Source: an uncultured Methanosarcinaceae archaeon
Lineage (GTDB): Archaea; Halobacteriota; Methanosarcinia; Methanosarcinales; Methanosarcinaceae
Reading direction: 5' to 3'
Assembly: GCA_963733675.1 (NCBI GenBank)
Contig: CAVTET010000003.1
Location: 320,001 to 384,000, forward strand
Length of the DNA stretch: 64,000 nt
Positions 43,702 through 55,035 of this stretch are shown piece after piece (position 1 is the first letter of the stretch; every line of letters begins with the position of its first letter). The notes below the pieces were generated by a model, which was given only the letters and a program-made list of their open reading frames with translations, searched no databases and had not been told where the DNA came from. The position numbers and the translations under genes were made by a program.

Positions 43702-45405
43702 CTATGGTGACAAACTTCTGCGATTAGCTTTACCAACAGCCATGTTATTATGACTCACGCTATTAGAAGTTCTAGTTGACCTATTAAAGCTGTTAAAAGT
43801 TGTTGTTGGTTTATTAAAGCTTTCAAAAGTTGTTGTTTGTTTATTATAGTTTTTAAATATTGCTGTTGGTCTATTATAGTTCTTAAATATTGTAGTTGGT
43901 TTATTATAGCTCTTAAATGCTGTAGTTGGTTTATTATAGCTCTTAAATATTTTTGTTTGTTTATTATAGCCATTAAATGTTTTTGTTTGTTTATTATATT
44001 TCTTAAATGTTGCAGTTTGTTTATTTAAGCTTTTAAATGTTTTTGTTGACTTATTATATTTCTTAACTGTTGTAGTTTGTTTATTTAAGTTCTTGAATGT
44101 TGTAGTTGGCTTATTATATTTCTTAAATGTTTTTGTTTGTTTATTATATTTCTTAACTGTTGTAGTTTGTTTATTTAAGTTCTTGAATGTTGTAGTTGGC
44201 TTATTATATTTCTTAAATGTTTTTGTTTGTTTATTATATTTCTTAAATGTTGCAGTTTGTTTATTTAAGCTCTTAAATGTTTTTGTTGGCTTAGTATATT
44301 TCTTAAATGTTGTAGTTTGTTTATTTAAGCTCTTAAATGTAATTGTTTGTTTATTTACGTTATTAGGACTGGGATTTGGATGTAATGGACGTCCATTCTC
44401 CATGCTCTTACCACGAAATTCGCCATTACCATAATGCCCGGGTCCTTTATCTCCAGGACCTTTAAAGCCATTACCACTTAAAGGACGGCGATATTGTCTA
44501 TGATCCCAGGATCCCCAGCTAGGCTCGTGTCTACCGTACCACCAGCTTTTATCACCATACCAGCATCTACCGTCAAACCAAGCCCCGTCTTGTAAGAAAC
44601 TACCTCCCATCCAGAGTACACCACCAAAGAATCCTTCTGGATAGTCGATTCCTTCTACTACAACGGGTGTTGCATCTATAATCCACACAGGTGCGATTCT
44701 ATTGATCCACCAGCTTTTATCACCAATCCAATAAGCACCGTCAATCCAAACATTATCTACTAAGAAACAACCCCCACTCCAGAGTATACCATCATACAAT
44801 CCTTCTGGATAATCGGCTCCTGCTACTACAATGTTATTAACTACTACATTATTATTTACTTCATTACCTGCTACGGCGCCTCCTCCATTAACTACAACGT
44901 TATTATCTTTTACCTGGATAGAACTCGGATTAGGTACCTGTCCGAATGCTGTTACATGGATGCGATTTGGATTAGGCACCTGTCCAAACGGACCGGACGT
45001 GTACCATAGGTTACCGTCGCTTCCACGCACATAAACTGTATTGGCATCTACGGCCTGAAAATCCACCACATTGCCATCCACCTGGATGCGATTCGGATTA
45101 GGCACCTGTCCGAACGGACCTGGCGTGTACCACAGGTTACCATCGCTCTCAAGCACATAAACTGTATTGGCATCCACAGCCTGAAAATCCACCACATTGC
45201 CATCCACCGGGATGCTATTCGGATTAGGTACCTGGCCGGACGGATCGAGCGTGTACCATAGGTTACCGTCGCTTCCAAGCACGAAGGCGTTGTTGGCGTC
45301 CATGGCCTGAACTCGCGCTTTTTTTTCTGCACTTACTATTGTAGCTGCCAACGAGACAACACAATACACTATTAACAAAATTGCAATTATCCTTCGAATT
45401 TTCAT
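43702..45405 (-). CDS. Secreted multi-repeat protein (beta-propeller-like blades, Trp/Gly repeats, cationic decapeptide tail)
   Basis: Signal peptide; 3x 42-aa repeats (126 nt); NNVVVN segment; 2x GxDYPEG...GDKSWW; 20x NKxTxTFKxY; GGAG RBS. Confidence 0.85.
   Translation of the reverse strand: MKIRRIIAILLIVYCVVSLAATIVSAEKKARVQAMDANNAFVLGSDGNLWYTLDPSGQVPNPNSIPVDGNVVDFQAVDANTVYVLESDGNLWYTPGPFGQVPNPNRIQVDGNVVDFQAVDANTVYVRGSDGNLWYTSGPFGQVPNPNRIHVTAFGQVPNPSSIQVKDNNVVVNGGGAVAGNEVNNNVVVNNIVVAGADYPEGLYDGILWSGGCFLVDNVWIDGAYWIGDKSWWINRIAPVWIIDATPVVVEGIDYPEGFFGGVLWMGGSFLQDGAWFDGRCWYGDKSWWYGRHEPSWGSWDHRQYRRPLSGNGFKGPGDKGPGHYGNGEFRGKSMENGRPLHPNPSPNNVNKQTITFKSLNKQTTTFKKYTKPTKTFKSLNKQTATFKKYNKQTKTFKKYNKPTTTFKNLNKQTTTVKKYNKQTKTFKKYNKPTTTFKNLNKQTTTVKKYNKSTKTFKSLNKQTATFKKYNKQTKTFNGYNKQTKIFKSYNKPTTAFKSYNKPTTIFKNYNRPTAIFKNYNKQTTTFESFNKPTTTFNSFNRSTRTSNSVSHNNMAVGKANRRSLSP
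43756..44355 (-). repeat. 20 tandem 30-nt coding repeats
   Basis: In-frame units encoding NKQTTTFKKY variants, with a duplicated 90-nt higher-order block. Confidence 0.95.
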
Positions 45406-46144
45406 TTGTATTTTACTCCATTTTTATTCAGATAAATATATTTTAATTAGATTGGGACTTGCACAGTTGAGCTAGAAAAGTATATTATTGACTAAATTGT
45501 AATTTTTTTAACCCTGATAATAATTTGTTCTGTCAGTGGTATGCTGGACGTAGTGGATGTACTTGGTCTTGTAGTTCAGCTGCGGCGCTTACTGCAGTAG
45601 CTGTCATTGAAATTGTTATAGAAAATGCTACCAAAATATCTAGTGCATTTTTCTTCTTTCCAATGCTTTTTTTGTATTCAATAAACTCCAGATTTTTTTC
45701 TCAATTTGATACACGTTTAACCTGTTTTTTAGATATTCTTTTCTTTTGATAAGTTCATTCACTCAACTTTTTAGACAAGTATCGAAGATAATTTAGATAA
45801 GTTTCAATATTCGTTTTAAAAACATTTTCTTAAAATTCTAACTCAATTAATTAAAATAAAGATACTTATGACCATACTTACTCAAAAATAAAAATAATAA
45901 ATATAAGTATGTTCATAATCTTTATATTTTTAACATAATATAAATATACTAGAATCAAAATTTCGTAATATAAATATCCTAAATTCTTCAATCTAAAGAG
46001 ATACACTAATCTTAAAGTACAGTTAGATTGATTCAGCAAAAACTATGCATTCATGATAACGTGATCTTTTCATATTTGTATGGTGATAACAAAATTTAAT
46101 CCAGTTTTTCAAAAAGGGCAGGGGAAAATATTAACATCTGCTGT

Positions 46145-46250
46145 AATTCATGAGATCAGGGCTAAAAAATTTATGTACTAAATAGTTATATCTAATAAAA
46201 TATAGTATATGTTCAAAAACTATATAAATAATAGCATATATTTAGAATCA
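46145..46250 (+). promoter_or_regulatory. Extended promoter, copy 6 (lacks the structured RNA)
   Basis: TTCATGAGATCAGG ending 46160, TACTAAATAGTT 46176, CAAAAAC-TATATAAA at 46221. Confidence 0.7.
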
Positions 46251-46325
46251 TGTGAATAATGTTTGTGTAATCTCTAGTTAACACAGGGAAAACAAAATTT
46301 TGTGGAAAATGAAAGGAGTTCTAAT

Positions 46326-46537
46326 ATGCAGGAAATTATGAAAGTTAACATAAATGAGGCTACTTTACAAAAGTTGACTTTAACCGGAGAAACTTCAAAA
46401 GAGTTAATCTTATAGGAGTTGACTTTATAAAAGCCAACTTAAAAAAATCCTGCTTTGAAGGAGTTAATCTTGAAGGAGCTGAATTTAGAGAAGCTCACTA
46501 TTTAACATTTGAACAGCTTTCTAAAGTGAAGGCGTGA
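46326..46537 (+). pseudogene. Pentapeptide-repeat protein remnant, paralog of 17716..18432
   Basis: Matches the start and end of the 17.7-kb gene (...GCTCACTATTTAACATTTGAACAGCTTTCTAAAGTGAA) with most repeats deleted and a frameshift. Confidence 0.8.
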
Positions 46538-47070
46538 TCCCTTCCCTTCATCACGAAAATTTAGTTCTGTATCAACTAACTAGAATGAAATTACCACACT
46601 AGAGAGACATCTTCTCAGCAGTGTACTGCAAGTTCTATAATATCTGATAGACTCTATGTCCTTTTCCTATCATCACAAAAATGGGATTTATCGTTTTACT
46701 GACGCTGAAGTTTTCATACAAAAAATATGCACCTGGGAAAACGATAAAGACCTAACTCTTTTCGTGGATTTGTAAGCTGTAGTGATTTATTTGATGACTT
46801 TAAGTAATTTTAGGAATTTTATTTAAATCACTCTATTTAATTTTATATTATTTAGTACTTTTAATGAATAAATCGAATTAATTTCAAAAAAAATAAATAT
46901 TATCTATCATATTATTATTTTTAATGAAAATTCCACATGAAAAGATAGTTTTTTACTTGATTCATTGCGACTTGGTATTATAATTCATGTACTTATGTTT
47001 CTTATTATTTTGTCTGTTTTTAAAAATCATTTTTAAATGAATCTTTTTTGAACCATCTTTTTTTTATAGT

Positions 47071-47961
47071 GTGTTTTATGGTTTTTGTATAAATTATGGC
47101 ATGTTCAAAAAAGTAGCTGTTATAATTAAATATACAACTGAAGATAAAGTAAGTAACTTTGCGATATTCATTGACTATTATTTTTACAGTCTTAGGGATA
47201 TTATTTTTTCTTCTTTGATATATTTTATATTATATTATTTTGTGTTTAATGACCCTTTTATTATTATCTTTTTTTCCGTGATAACTATATGGCTATTCAC
47301 GATAATGCGAATTTTGGAAATCAAATATTTTGCTAATATTAAGTATAAAATGAAAATGTTGAATGTCATTTTTTTGAAATGCCTATATGAAAATACAGAT
47401 TACAGACAATATCGATTTTACTTGGCTAAATTTAAGTCTTACTTAAAAAAGTTTTTAGATAGCATAGACAGGCTTTTAGAAGTAGGTGTTAAAATCGAAG
47501 ATTTTGAACGTGAAAAATCACTTTCAATAAAAAAAGTAATTACAGATTACTTGATTATTTATATCAAATACGGAAAACAAGATGAGCTCAATTCTTTAAG
47601 AAGTAATCTCAGTTGTATCTCCACTTTAATTGAAGGTGAAAATCAAAGAAAAACTTTAGATCTTATTAAACCTATTTCTAAAATATATTCAGATATAGGA
47701 TCCTTCTTAGAAAAAAGAAAGTATAAAGTTGATCTGCACAAATTTTCGTGGTTTCATAGATATAGGTCCGGAATTCTATTAATGTCTATTACTTTATTCG
47801 CATTCTTATTGGTCAAATTCCATGATCAATTTAACTCATATTTAGATGAGTATCATCTTTCAAATGTGGATTCAATTCAGAAATCTGTAGCCTTAATTAC
47901 AGCTGTTTTCACTTTGGGTACTATAATAATCCAGACTTACAAAGAACTGATTAAAAGATAA
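47071..47961 (+). CDS. Hypothetical membrane protein, very AT-rich
   Basis: 296-aa ORF with hydrophobic segments; no recognisable motif; start uncertain. Confidence 0.5.
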   Translation: MFYGFCINYGMFKKVAVIIKYTTEDKVSNFAIFIDYYFYSLRDIIFSSLIYFILYYFVFNDPFIIIFFSVITIWLFTIMRILEIKYFANIKYKMKMLNVIFLKCLYENTDYRQYRFYLAKFKSYLKKFLDSIDRLLEVGVKIEDFEREKSLSIKKVITDYLIIYIKYGKQDELNSLRSNLSCISTLIEGENQRKTLDLIKPISKIYSDIGSFLEKRKYKVDLHKFSWFHRYRSGILLMSITLFAFLLVKFHDQFNSYLDEYHLSNVDSIQKSVALITAVFTLGTIIIQTYKELIKR

Positions 47962-48633
47962 CATTTGGATAAAAATAAATACTATTTTAAAAAGATTACG
48001 TACCAAAAGTTCGTAAAATCTAAATAACTTTTTACCTTCTTCCATCATCGCAAAAACAGGATTCATCTTTTTTATAAATACATAGGTTTTATAACAAAAA
48101 CTGTGCATCATTATAGACGGTAAATTTTCTTTTTTGCGTTAAAAAGTGTCGATAGTCAATCGGAATTCACAAAACCTTTGGTAGATTACTAATCTTTTAA
48201 TTAATAACAATAACATATTGTCTGTGTAGTTATTGAAATTATAAACTCGATGTTTTAAAACTTCTTTTCCCTTACGTGTTTAGCTCTTTTTCTAATATAT
48301 TGAGCAATTCCTATTTTTCATTGGGAAGAAAAACAGGATAAACCCATTTAGGATTTGTACGCGATCAGAATTTGGTATGAGATTTAACTTAGTTATTTTT
48401 TAGAAGGAAATCCATACTAAATTTAGGAATTTCTTTGAAAACAATAAAAACATAATTAATATCAAATTGTTGTTCAAAATTAAAATTTCTTATGTAGAAG
48501 TAACTTTCGTTCCGAAACTATTTTTTGTGCAATTAATTAATAATAATTGTGGGGTTTTTGTATATTTTAACTGAAATTAGTCTATTAAGAAAAAGGGTCA
48601 AATAACTTTATCAAAGAGATGAGGCACAAAATT

Positions 48634-49395
48634 ATGAAGTTTCACACGCAGATATTTACAATCTTAATTTTGGCTATTTTAGTGGCCACTGTCGCGAGCA
48701 CAAGTGCTCAACATTACAATGGAGCAAAGCAATGGAGCAAAGGATAAACAAATAACATCGTTGAAGTTTCCGAATATTATGAACAATCCCGTAACACCAT
48801 GGAATCATGAGCCCATCTATCCTGTAATTGATCCCACAGCTTATATCCATCCACAGGCTTCGGTCATTGGAGATGGGATAATCGGTGCTAATGTGATGGT
48901 TTCTCCCATGGCATCTGTCCGGGGTGACGAGAGAATGCCGATTTTCATAGGTAAGGATAGCAATGTCCAGGATGGAGTTGTGATTCACGGCCTCGAGACA
49001 ACTGATGAACAAGGTAAGCCGGTCAAAAAGCACCTTGTTGATGTCAATGATAAAAAACACTCGTTTATGTGGGAGAAAATGTTACTCTTGCCCACCAGTC
49101 CATGGTGCATGGTCCGGCTTATGTAGGTAATGATACATTTATTGGCTTTCAAACTCTTGTTTTCAAGGCAAAAGTAGGAAACAAATGTGTGCTTGAGCCA
49201 AAATCAGTAGCTATTGGCGTAACCATTTTTGACAATAAGTACATTCCAGCAGGTATGATTGTCACTTCCCAGACAGACGCTGATAAGCTGCCAATAATTA
49301 CCGAAGACTTTGCATACAAGCATACAAATGAAGCTGTAGTATACGTAAATACAAACTTGGCTAAAGGATACAATAGAGCAGCTGCACCTGCTTAA
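48634..49395 (+). pseudogene. cam: Gamma-class carbonic anhydrase (Cam), two frameshifts
   Basis: MKFHTQIFTILIL signal, NPVTPWN, DPTAYI.PQASVIG, SNVQDGVVIH, LAHQSMVHGP, HTNEAVVYVN; frameshifts at a 13-bp duplication (48717-48742) and near 49060. Confidence 0.92.
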
Positions 49396-50318
49396 CCACT
49401 ATGGAAAATCAAAATTCATTATGAATAGAAGGTCAATAAGTGATGAAATATTAAAAAGCTGAAAATATTATATGTATGAACGGATAAATATAAATGAAAC
49501 AAAGTAATTATTTAGCTTATATACTGAACTTATTGATACTCATTCATCAACTTATACCCCTGCTCCAATGTCGAAGCAAAAATGATCCAAACAACGTTGC
49601 GAAATAATATTTGCTTAGGACTATTAAAAATATTTTTATAGACCAATTAGGACTTACGCGGGTGAACTCAGAAATTAACAGCTTAAAGCATAAACTACAT
49701 AAATCAAGAATTCAACTTCAAAGGATGCAATCATTTTGATTGTATCTTAAAAGCGTAAATCACAATTTAAGGGATTTCGATAAAACTCTGATTGATCGTC
49801 TTCTCAAAAATTCGCATAGCTTTACATATCAGGAAATAATTGAATTACAAGCGACTTCAGATATTGTGGGTTTGAATCGTGTGTATGATTGGGCCTTTAA
49901 AATAAAGTGGAAAGGCATGAAAAGAGCTGATCTTTTTAATAACACAAAAATTTATGATAATATTAAAACAGTTATTTTCAACATGGAATGGATATTCGAA
50001 TTCTTTTGACCTGAATTATCTGTTAAAAAACAATATCATTCGAATATACCAAACTAAATAATCGAACTCTGCCTCAAGAGATAAGTTTGCCACTCGAACT
50101 TAAGTTATGAGAGAAAATCGGATCTATGAAATAAAGCTTTTAATTGGGACTGAGCAGTTAAAATGAAAGATTAATAACATTAAACCTTTAATTATTTTAA
50201 AAGCAAAAGGATTATAACAAATCATACGGGGATAAATTTTGTCAGCCAAAAAGTTATAATTGGATAAGGGAATGATGTGTAGAATTCATTGAAACTAAAT
50301 TAAATTTTTGGAGGGTCA

Positions 50319-50507
50319 GTGATTAAACTTACAACAAATGAAATCCATGAAATTGAGACTCTTATAGAACAATTTTCAGAAGAATCAGAATGCACAACAT
50401 GTATTGAAAGAGTAATTAGAAAGTTGGAATTCAACGGGAAAAGCTATAAGATGAAGGTAATTATCGAAGCTGAAGAAGATTATTTTGAGGATATTTTTAC
50501 TGATTGA
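50319..50507 (+). CDS. Small acidic hypothetical protein with CxxC
   Basis: GTG start with GGAGG upstream; 62 aa. Confidence 0.5.
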   Translation: MIKLTTNEIHEIETLIEQFSEESECTTCIERVIRKLEFNGKSYKMKVIIEAEEDYFEDIFTD

Positions 50508-50744
50508 TTAATTAAAAAGTAGTCAAAAAAGCACCAGTCTAAAACATCAAATATTTATTTTTCTGGAATTATTGGGAACTTGAATGCAAGAACGCTGGCG
50601 CAGTTTCATTAAAACAGGTCGGTAAGTCAGAAAAATAGGCGGGCATGAACACCCACCTATATAGTTGATTCATGTATCTGTTGTGATTTAAATACCATGA
50701 TGCTATAAATTTAGTTTGTGTTTATCTATCTAATAGTACTTATA

Positions 50745-50900
50745 GAGTGCGGAAGGTCACGAATACCCCCGACTTTAGGTAGGCTATGACGTTAACCTTC
50801 ACCTCATTTTGTTTTCTTTAAACACCTAAATCATCGCTTCATTATAAAATGGGTTGGTTCTTGGAACCTTGGTCTGAGGTAGTACCCTCTCATACCTATG
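50745..50900 (+). mobile_element. IS200/IS605 left-end-like remnant
   Basis: Long imperfect hairpin GAGTGCGGAAGGTCACG...GACTTTAG...AACCTTCACCTC (50745-50805) preceded by TTATA; no transposase ORF. Confidence 0.55.
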
Positions 50901-50989
50901 ATTTGGATGTGATAAGCATTGGAAATTAAACACCTTTATCTATGTATCGAACAAAATAAATTTCAATTGAGTCATCCCTATTTGGATGC

Positions 50990-51352
50990 TTGTACCTAAA
51001 TTATGCTTTAGTCATGAAGGGCTTAGAGGGTAGCATTAATTCAGATGGAACCAAAAGAGAAAACATTTTTTGGTCCTTAGTTCAGTGGACTTTTTTGGGA
51101 CCATCTCTCATAACTTCGATAATCGCTTTTTATTTCTTAATAGAACAACCGTCAGTTCACAATGGTGGGCTAGAACTTTGTGTACTTTTGGGAGTAAGTT
51201 TTTTGTCCTTATTTGTAAGTCGGTCAGAATTCGACTCGTTTGAGAAAAGCTGTCGAGATATAGATTCGGAATGTAAAGATGAGTTAGAATGTGAATGCAC
51301 GAAAAAATATAACTCGATACAAAAAACTTTTAAAAGAGATACATTGTGCTGA
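50990..51352 (+). CDS. Hypothetical two-TM protein
   Basis: Two hydrophobic segments and an acidic Cys-containing tail. Confidence 0.45.
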   Translation: MYLNYALVMKGLEGSINSDGTKRENIFWSLVQWTFLGPSLITSIIAFYFLIEQPSVHNGGLELCVLLGVSFLSLFVSRSEFDSFEKSCRDIDSECKDELECECTKKYNSIQKTFKRDTLC

Positions 51353-51733
51353 CTTCCAAGAAGCAAATAGTTTTTAGTTCGTAGCATGTTTTATTTTTGA
51401 GAATTAACTCTTTCAATTTGGATAGCCATTTTGATTTCTTTAATACATCAGTTGTTAGTTTATAAGAACTGGATTATTAGTCAACTTTGCATACTCTTTG
51501 TATTTAATTTGATTTTATTTTGTTTAAATAGGTTAGGATTTCGCTCGCTTTGCCCGATAAAAATAAAACTCAATAAAAAGCTTTAAAATAATCGGATTTT
51601 TGGCTCATTTAGATGAAAATAGTCATTCGAAAGTATTTAGATCATTATATCGAAAACAGCTCTAACCCTGGTTTTAGAGCTAGGGAGATCTTCCAGTCTG
51701 TAAGATCTTTGAAGTCATGAATTAAGCATAGTT

Positions 51734-51960
51734 TTGTATGAAAACTTCAGCGTCAGTAAAACGATATATCCTATTTTTTGTAGTGACAGAAAAAGGACAT
51801 GGAGTCAATCAGATTTTGCAGAATTTTCGGGAGCTGATCGTGTTATTGATTGCCTGGATAATAGCTATGAAGCAATGCTAGGAAAATGGTTTGGCAACTG
51901 TACAAAGTTAAGTATTGGTGAATGGCAAAAAATAGCCTATAAGGCCTCTGAGTGCTTTGC
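51734..51960 (+). pseudogene. ABC transporter ATPase fragment
   Basis: GADRVID.L..SYEAMLGKWF....LSIGEWQKIA resembles a degenerate LSGGxWQ signature region. Confidence 0.6.
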
Positions 51961-52187
51961 ATTAAGGATGCTTACCTTATAGTAAGTAGGTACAAAATAT
52001 CCTCTAGTGTAGACAACAGCAGTTTCAACAACAACAATAATCTAACGGAAAGCTTCTTCAAAACTCGGGGAGATTTTTGCTTCAAAGTGCTTTTCGATGT
52101 ATTTCCCAGAATTTTAAAAAAATCTTTACTATTTTCATATATTTTTCCATCAATACTTTCTCTGTCACTATCACCACCTTTAAACAC

Positions 52188-52634
52188 TCAAGTTTTACTG
52201 TATTTTCCCATAAGTTCCCCTTCTGCTATGATATGGCCTATCATCTCGCTTTCAAGCTCTTTTCTGCTTTTCCCTGCTTTTAGGCCGAGCTGCTTGTCTA
52301 GAGCATATACTCTGAAAAAATACCTATGGGTTCCTGAAGGAGGGCATGGCCCCCCATACCCTATTTTCCTGAAATCATTTATTCCCTCAACCCCGGGTAT
52401 GCTGTCTTCGTCTATTTTTGCAATAGGTACTATATTCCATACAATCCAGTGAGTAAATATCTTCATGGGAGCATCCGGGTCATCCATTATAAGAACTAAA
52501 CTTTCAGCTTTTTCAGGAATACCTCTGAATTCCAGAGGGGGATTTATATTCTCCGCGCTACAAGTGTACTTTCTCGGGATAGTATCATTAGATTCAAATG
52601 CGCTGCTAATAACTTTTATGTTTTGGATGTTCAT
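52188..52634 (-). CDS. YbhB/YbcL (PEBP) family protein
   Basis: SSAF, INPPL, LIMDDPDAP, FTHWIVWN, GYGGPCPPSGTHRYFF. Confidence 0.95.
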   Translation of the reverse strand: MNIQNIKVISSAFESNDTIPRKYTCSAENINPPLEFRGIPEKAESLVLIMDDPDAPMKIFTHWIVWNIVPIAKIDEDSIPGVEGINDFRKIGYGGPCPPSGTHRYFFRVYALDKQLGLKAGKSRKELESEMIGHIIAEGELMGKYSKT

Positions 52635-53215
52635 AATTTCATCCCCTTTGGCATTATCAAGAAATCCTCCGCTTTTAAGTAACTTATTCTATCCTAAGCT
52701 CATACAGAAATCAAGAGCATTTTCGCAATTAAGAGCATCCAAACTAGATTAATTTTTCTTGTCATGGATGATTCAACCTTCTGATGACCGTAAAACTGCT
52801 CAGAACTATGGAGGATTTCGATAAACCCTAATTTGTTACTGTTTGTTTATAATGCCTACATAAGCATTCATAAAAATATGAGGTTTATCTAAATTCTCTA
52901 TTATATTAAAACTAAAGAGATATAACTTTAAGGCTTAATAGCAAAGCACCTGCTAAAATTCAACTTTAAAATACCTCAAGTTTAAATTCAAAAACTGATA
53001 CTAGCAGTTTAATCCTGATACTTGATTCCAGGCTCAAAATCCAGACTCAAACTCCGCTTCATTAGGGACTAAAGTTGTAGAGACGGCAGATTTCAGGTAT
53101 GACCTCCAAATAATCTGGTTTAGTCGACTTTGTAGAAAATGCATCCATGAAAGATTTTTTGAAGCCGTTCTCTGAAAGCAACAGCCTAAAATCATGAGGC
53201 TTTGAAAGTCTGAAA

Positions 53216-53422
53216 TCAGTCTTCTACTTCAAGGGCTTGAATTACATCATGGACCTCTAGTTCTCCTTTGGCTACACGCTGAACTAGTGGATAAATAAAT
53301 GAACAATCATCTATTGCTGCCCAGCGTTCTTCTCCTACTACTCTGACAACTTCATCGAGTATATCGCCACATGTTTTACAATATCTTCCTTTGCTTTCTA
53401 ATCCACAAGATTCGCATTTCAT
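53216..53422 (-). CDS. Small zinc-ribbon protein (68 aa)
   Basis: MKCESCG...YCKTC, WAAIDDCSFIYP; start taken at the Met before the first CxxC. Confidence 0.7.
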   Translation of the reverse strand: MKCESCGLESKGRYCKTCGDILDEVVRVVGEERWAAIDDCSFIYPLVQRVAKGELEVHDVIQALEVED

Positions 53423-54257
53423 TGAAAATACCCATAAAACTATGGAGCTGTCGAAAATAAATAAATTATGGTGAAATGTAAGTATATTTACACAGTCACT
53501 AGAAAATCGGGTGTAGAGTAAAAAGAGGAACGAAAAAAATAGTTCCTGATACTTCAAACTTATAGAGCGTTATGAAAGGAAGGTCAAAAAAGAGAAAGAG
53601 GGTAAAATAATAATCGTTTAAATGTTCAACTTGTTCTAGCAAGCTTCTCTTTCTAGTGTAAGCAAAATAAGGAAACTAATCACCTAATAAACCATCTACC
53701 TTAGTTATTCTACACATTATGAGTTAATAACGATAGGTGCATAAACATTACACTCGTAGATATAGTAAGGAATGGGCCACTCATAGGCCCAAAGTAGGTT
53801 TCTCATTCAATGGACATAGGAGAAAAGTATGCTAGCACCATAAAATCTATCCTAAAGTCGCTAAAGTGATCTATATGGTCTTTGGGGCTAAGAGGTTTTG
53901 GTGACCGTGGTGACTATGTCGTAGATCTTAGTAGAATCTTGATCTTGATAGAGCCCATGACATAGACTACGACTGTTTCAGTGGACTGTTTAGCCATAGC
54001 AGTTTGTTTGGTTACGGTGGTTTGGATGAGCTATGTTTATTTGAAATTAATTAAAAAACAGTAAATAGCGAATTTATTTGAGATTTATTTGATGATCCTC
54101 GCTAATTTCGGGGATTTTATTTGAATTATTTGATTCATTCCGATATTTTTTGCCATTTTCATTTAACAAGTTGATTAATTTTAGGATTTGTTTGTAAATT
54201 TATGCCTACGCAGGAAACGTCAAAAACGTTTATATGTCCGTATAACTCAGCTTTCCA

Positions 54258-55035
54258 TTAATTAGCCTGGAATTGCTTTATATCCACAGTCTGATCTGGC
54301 TTTACAGTACGGTAAAGATGATGGTCAGATGGAATCACTTCAACCATAGTATCGATCATTTCTTGTGGATCGCTCTGATAGGAGAAAGCATCTCTGTAGT
54401 CAGGGAGTTTTATTAAACTTTTTTCAGGATCGTACCACTGATACATATTTTCTGCTCCAGTATCATTAAAACCAGTTCTGAAGTCGCCTGGGTTAATAGT
54501 CACGACTTTCACGCCATAGGGCTCAAGCTCTTCTTTCATTGTCCAAGCAATGGTTTCGATAGCAAGCTTAGTTGCACAATAAGTTCCTACAAATGGGGCC
54601 TTCAAAATTTCAGCCATCGATGAAATCCAAATAACCTTGCCATGATTTTGTTTTACCATTTTACGCACAATTAACCCTGTGTCAGCTCTAGATGACTGAA
54701 CACATTCGTCTCAAAGGATTCATGTACCTTTCCACAGGTATCTCGACCATTGCACCACTTTTCATAATTCCGGCATTATTAACTAGAATATCAATATCAT
54801 AGGTCAGAGCATGCTGTCGATCGATATAATCTCGAATATCGAGTTTAATTACTTTAAGTTCGATAGCTTGTTCTTTAGCTTCACATCTTAACTCCCAGAC
54901 TTGGGGCCAGATTTGCACAGCAGCAATAACTTTATGACCTGCTTTGGCCAAAACAAATGCTACCCCTTTACCAAAACCATGCCCAGTACCAGTAATAAGT
55001 ATTGTCTTGCTCATAATTTTGTCCTTATTTTTCAT
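54258..55035 (-). pseudogene. Short-chain dehydrogenase/reductase, frameshifted
   Basis: TGTGHGFG, DILVNNAG in 54688..55035; YCATK catalytic motif and NPG in 54258..54668. Confidence 0.88.

Noticed and set aside
43756-44355. 30-nt periodic repeats as a CRISPR array
   Set aside because: Units are contiguous with no unique spacers, and vary in a codon-like way inside an open frame.
51671-51682. GTTTTAGAGCTA, identical to the start of the SpCas9 CRISPR repeat
   Set aside because: Single occurrence forming one arm of a local AGCTCTA/TAGAGCT hairpin; no array and no cas genes.
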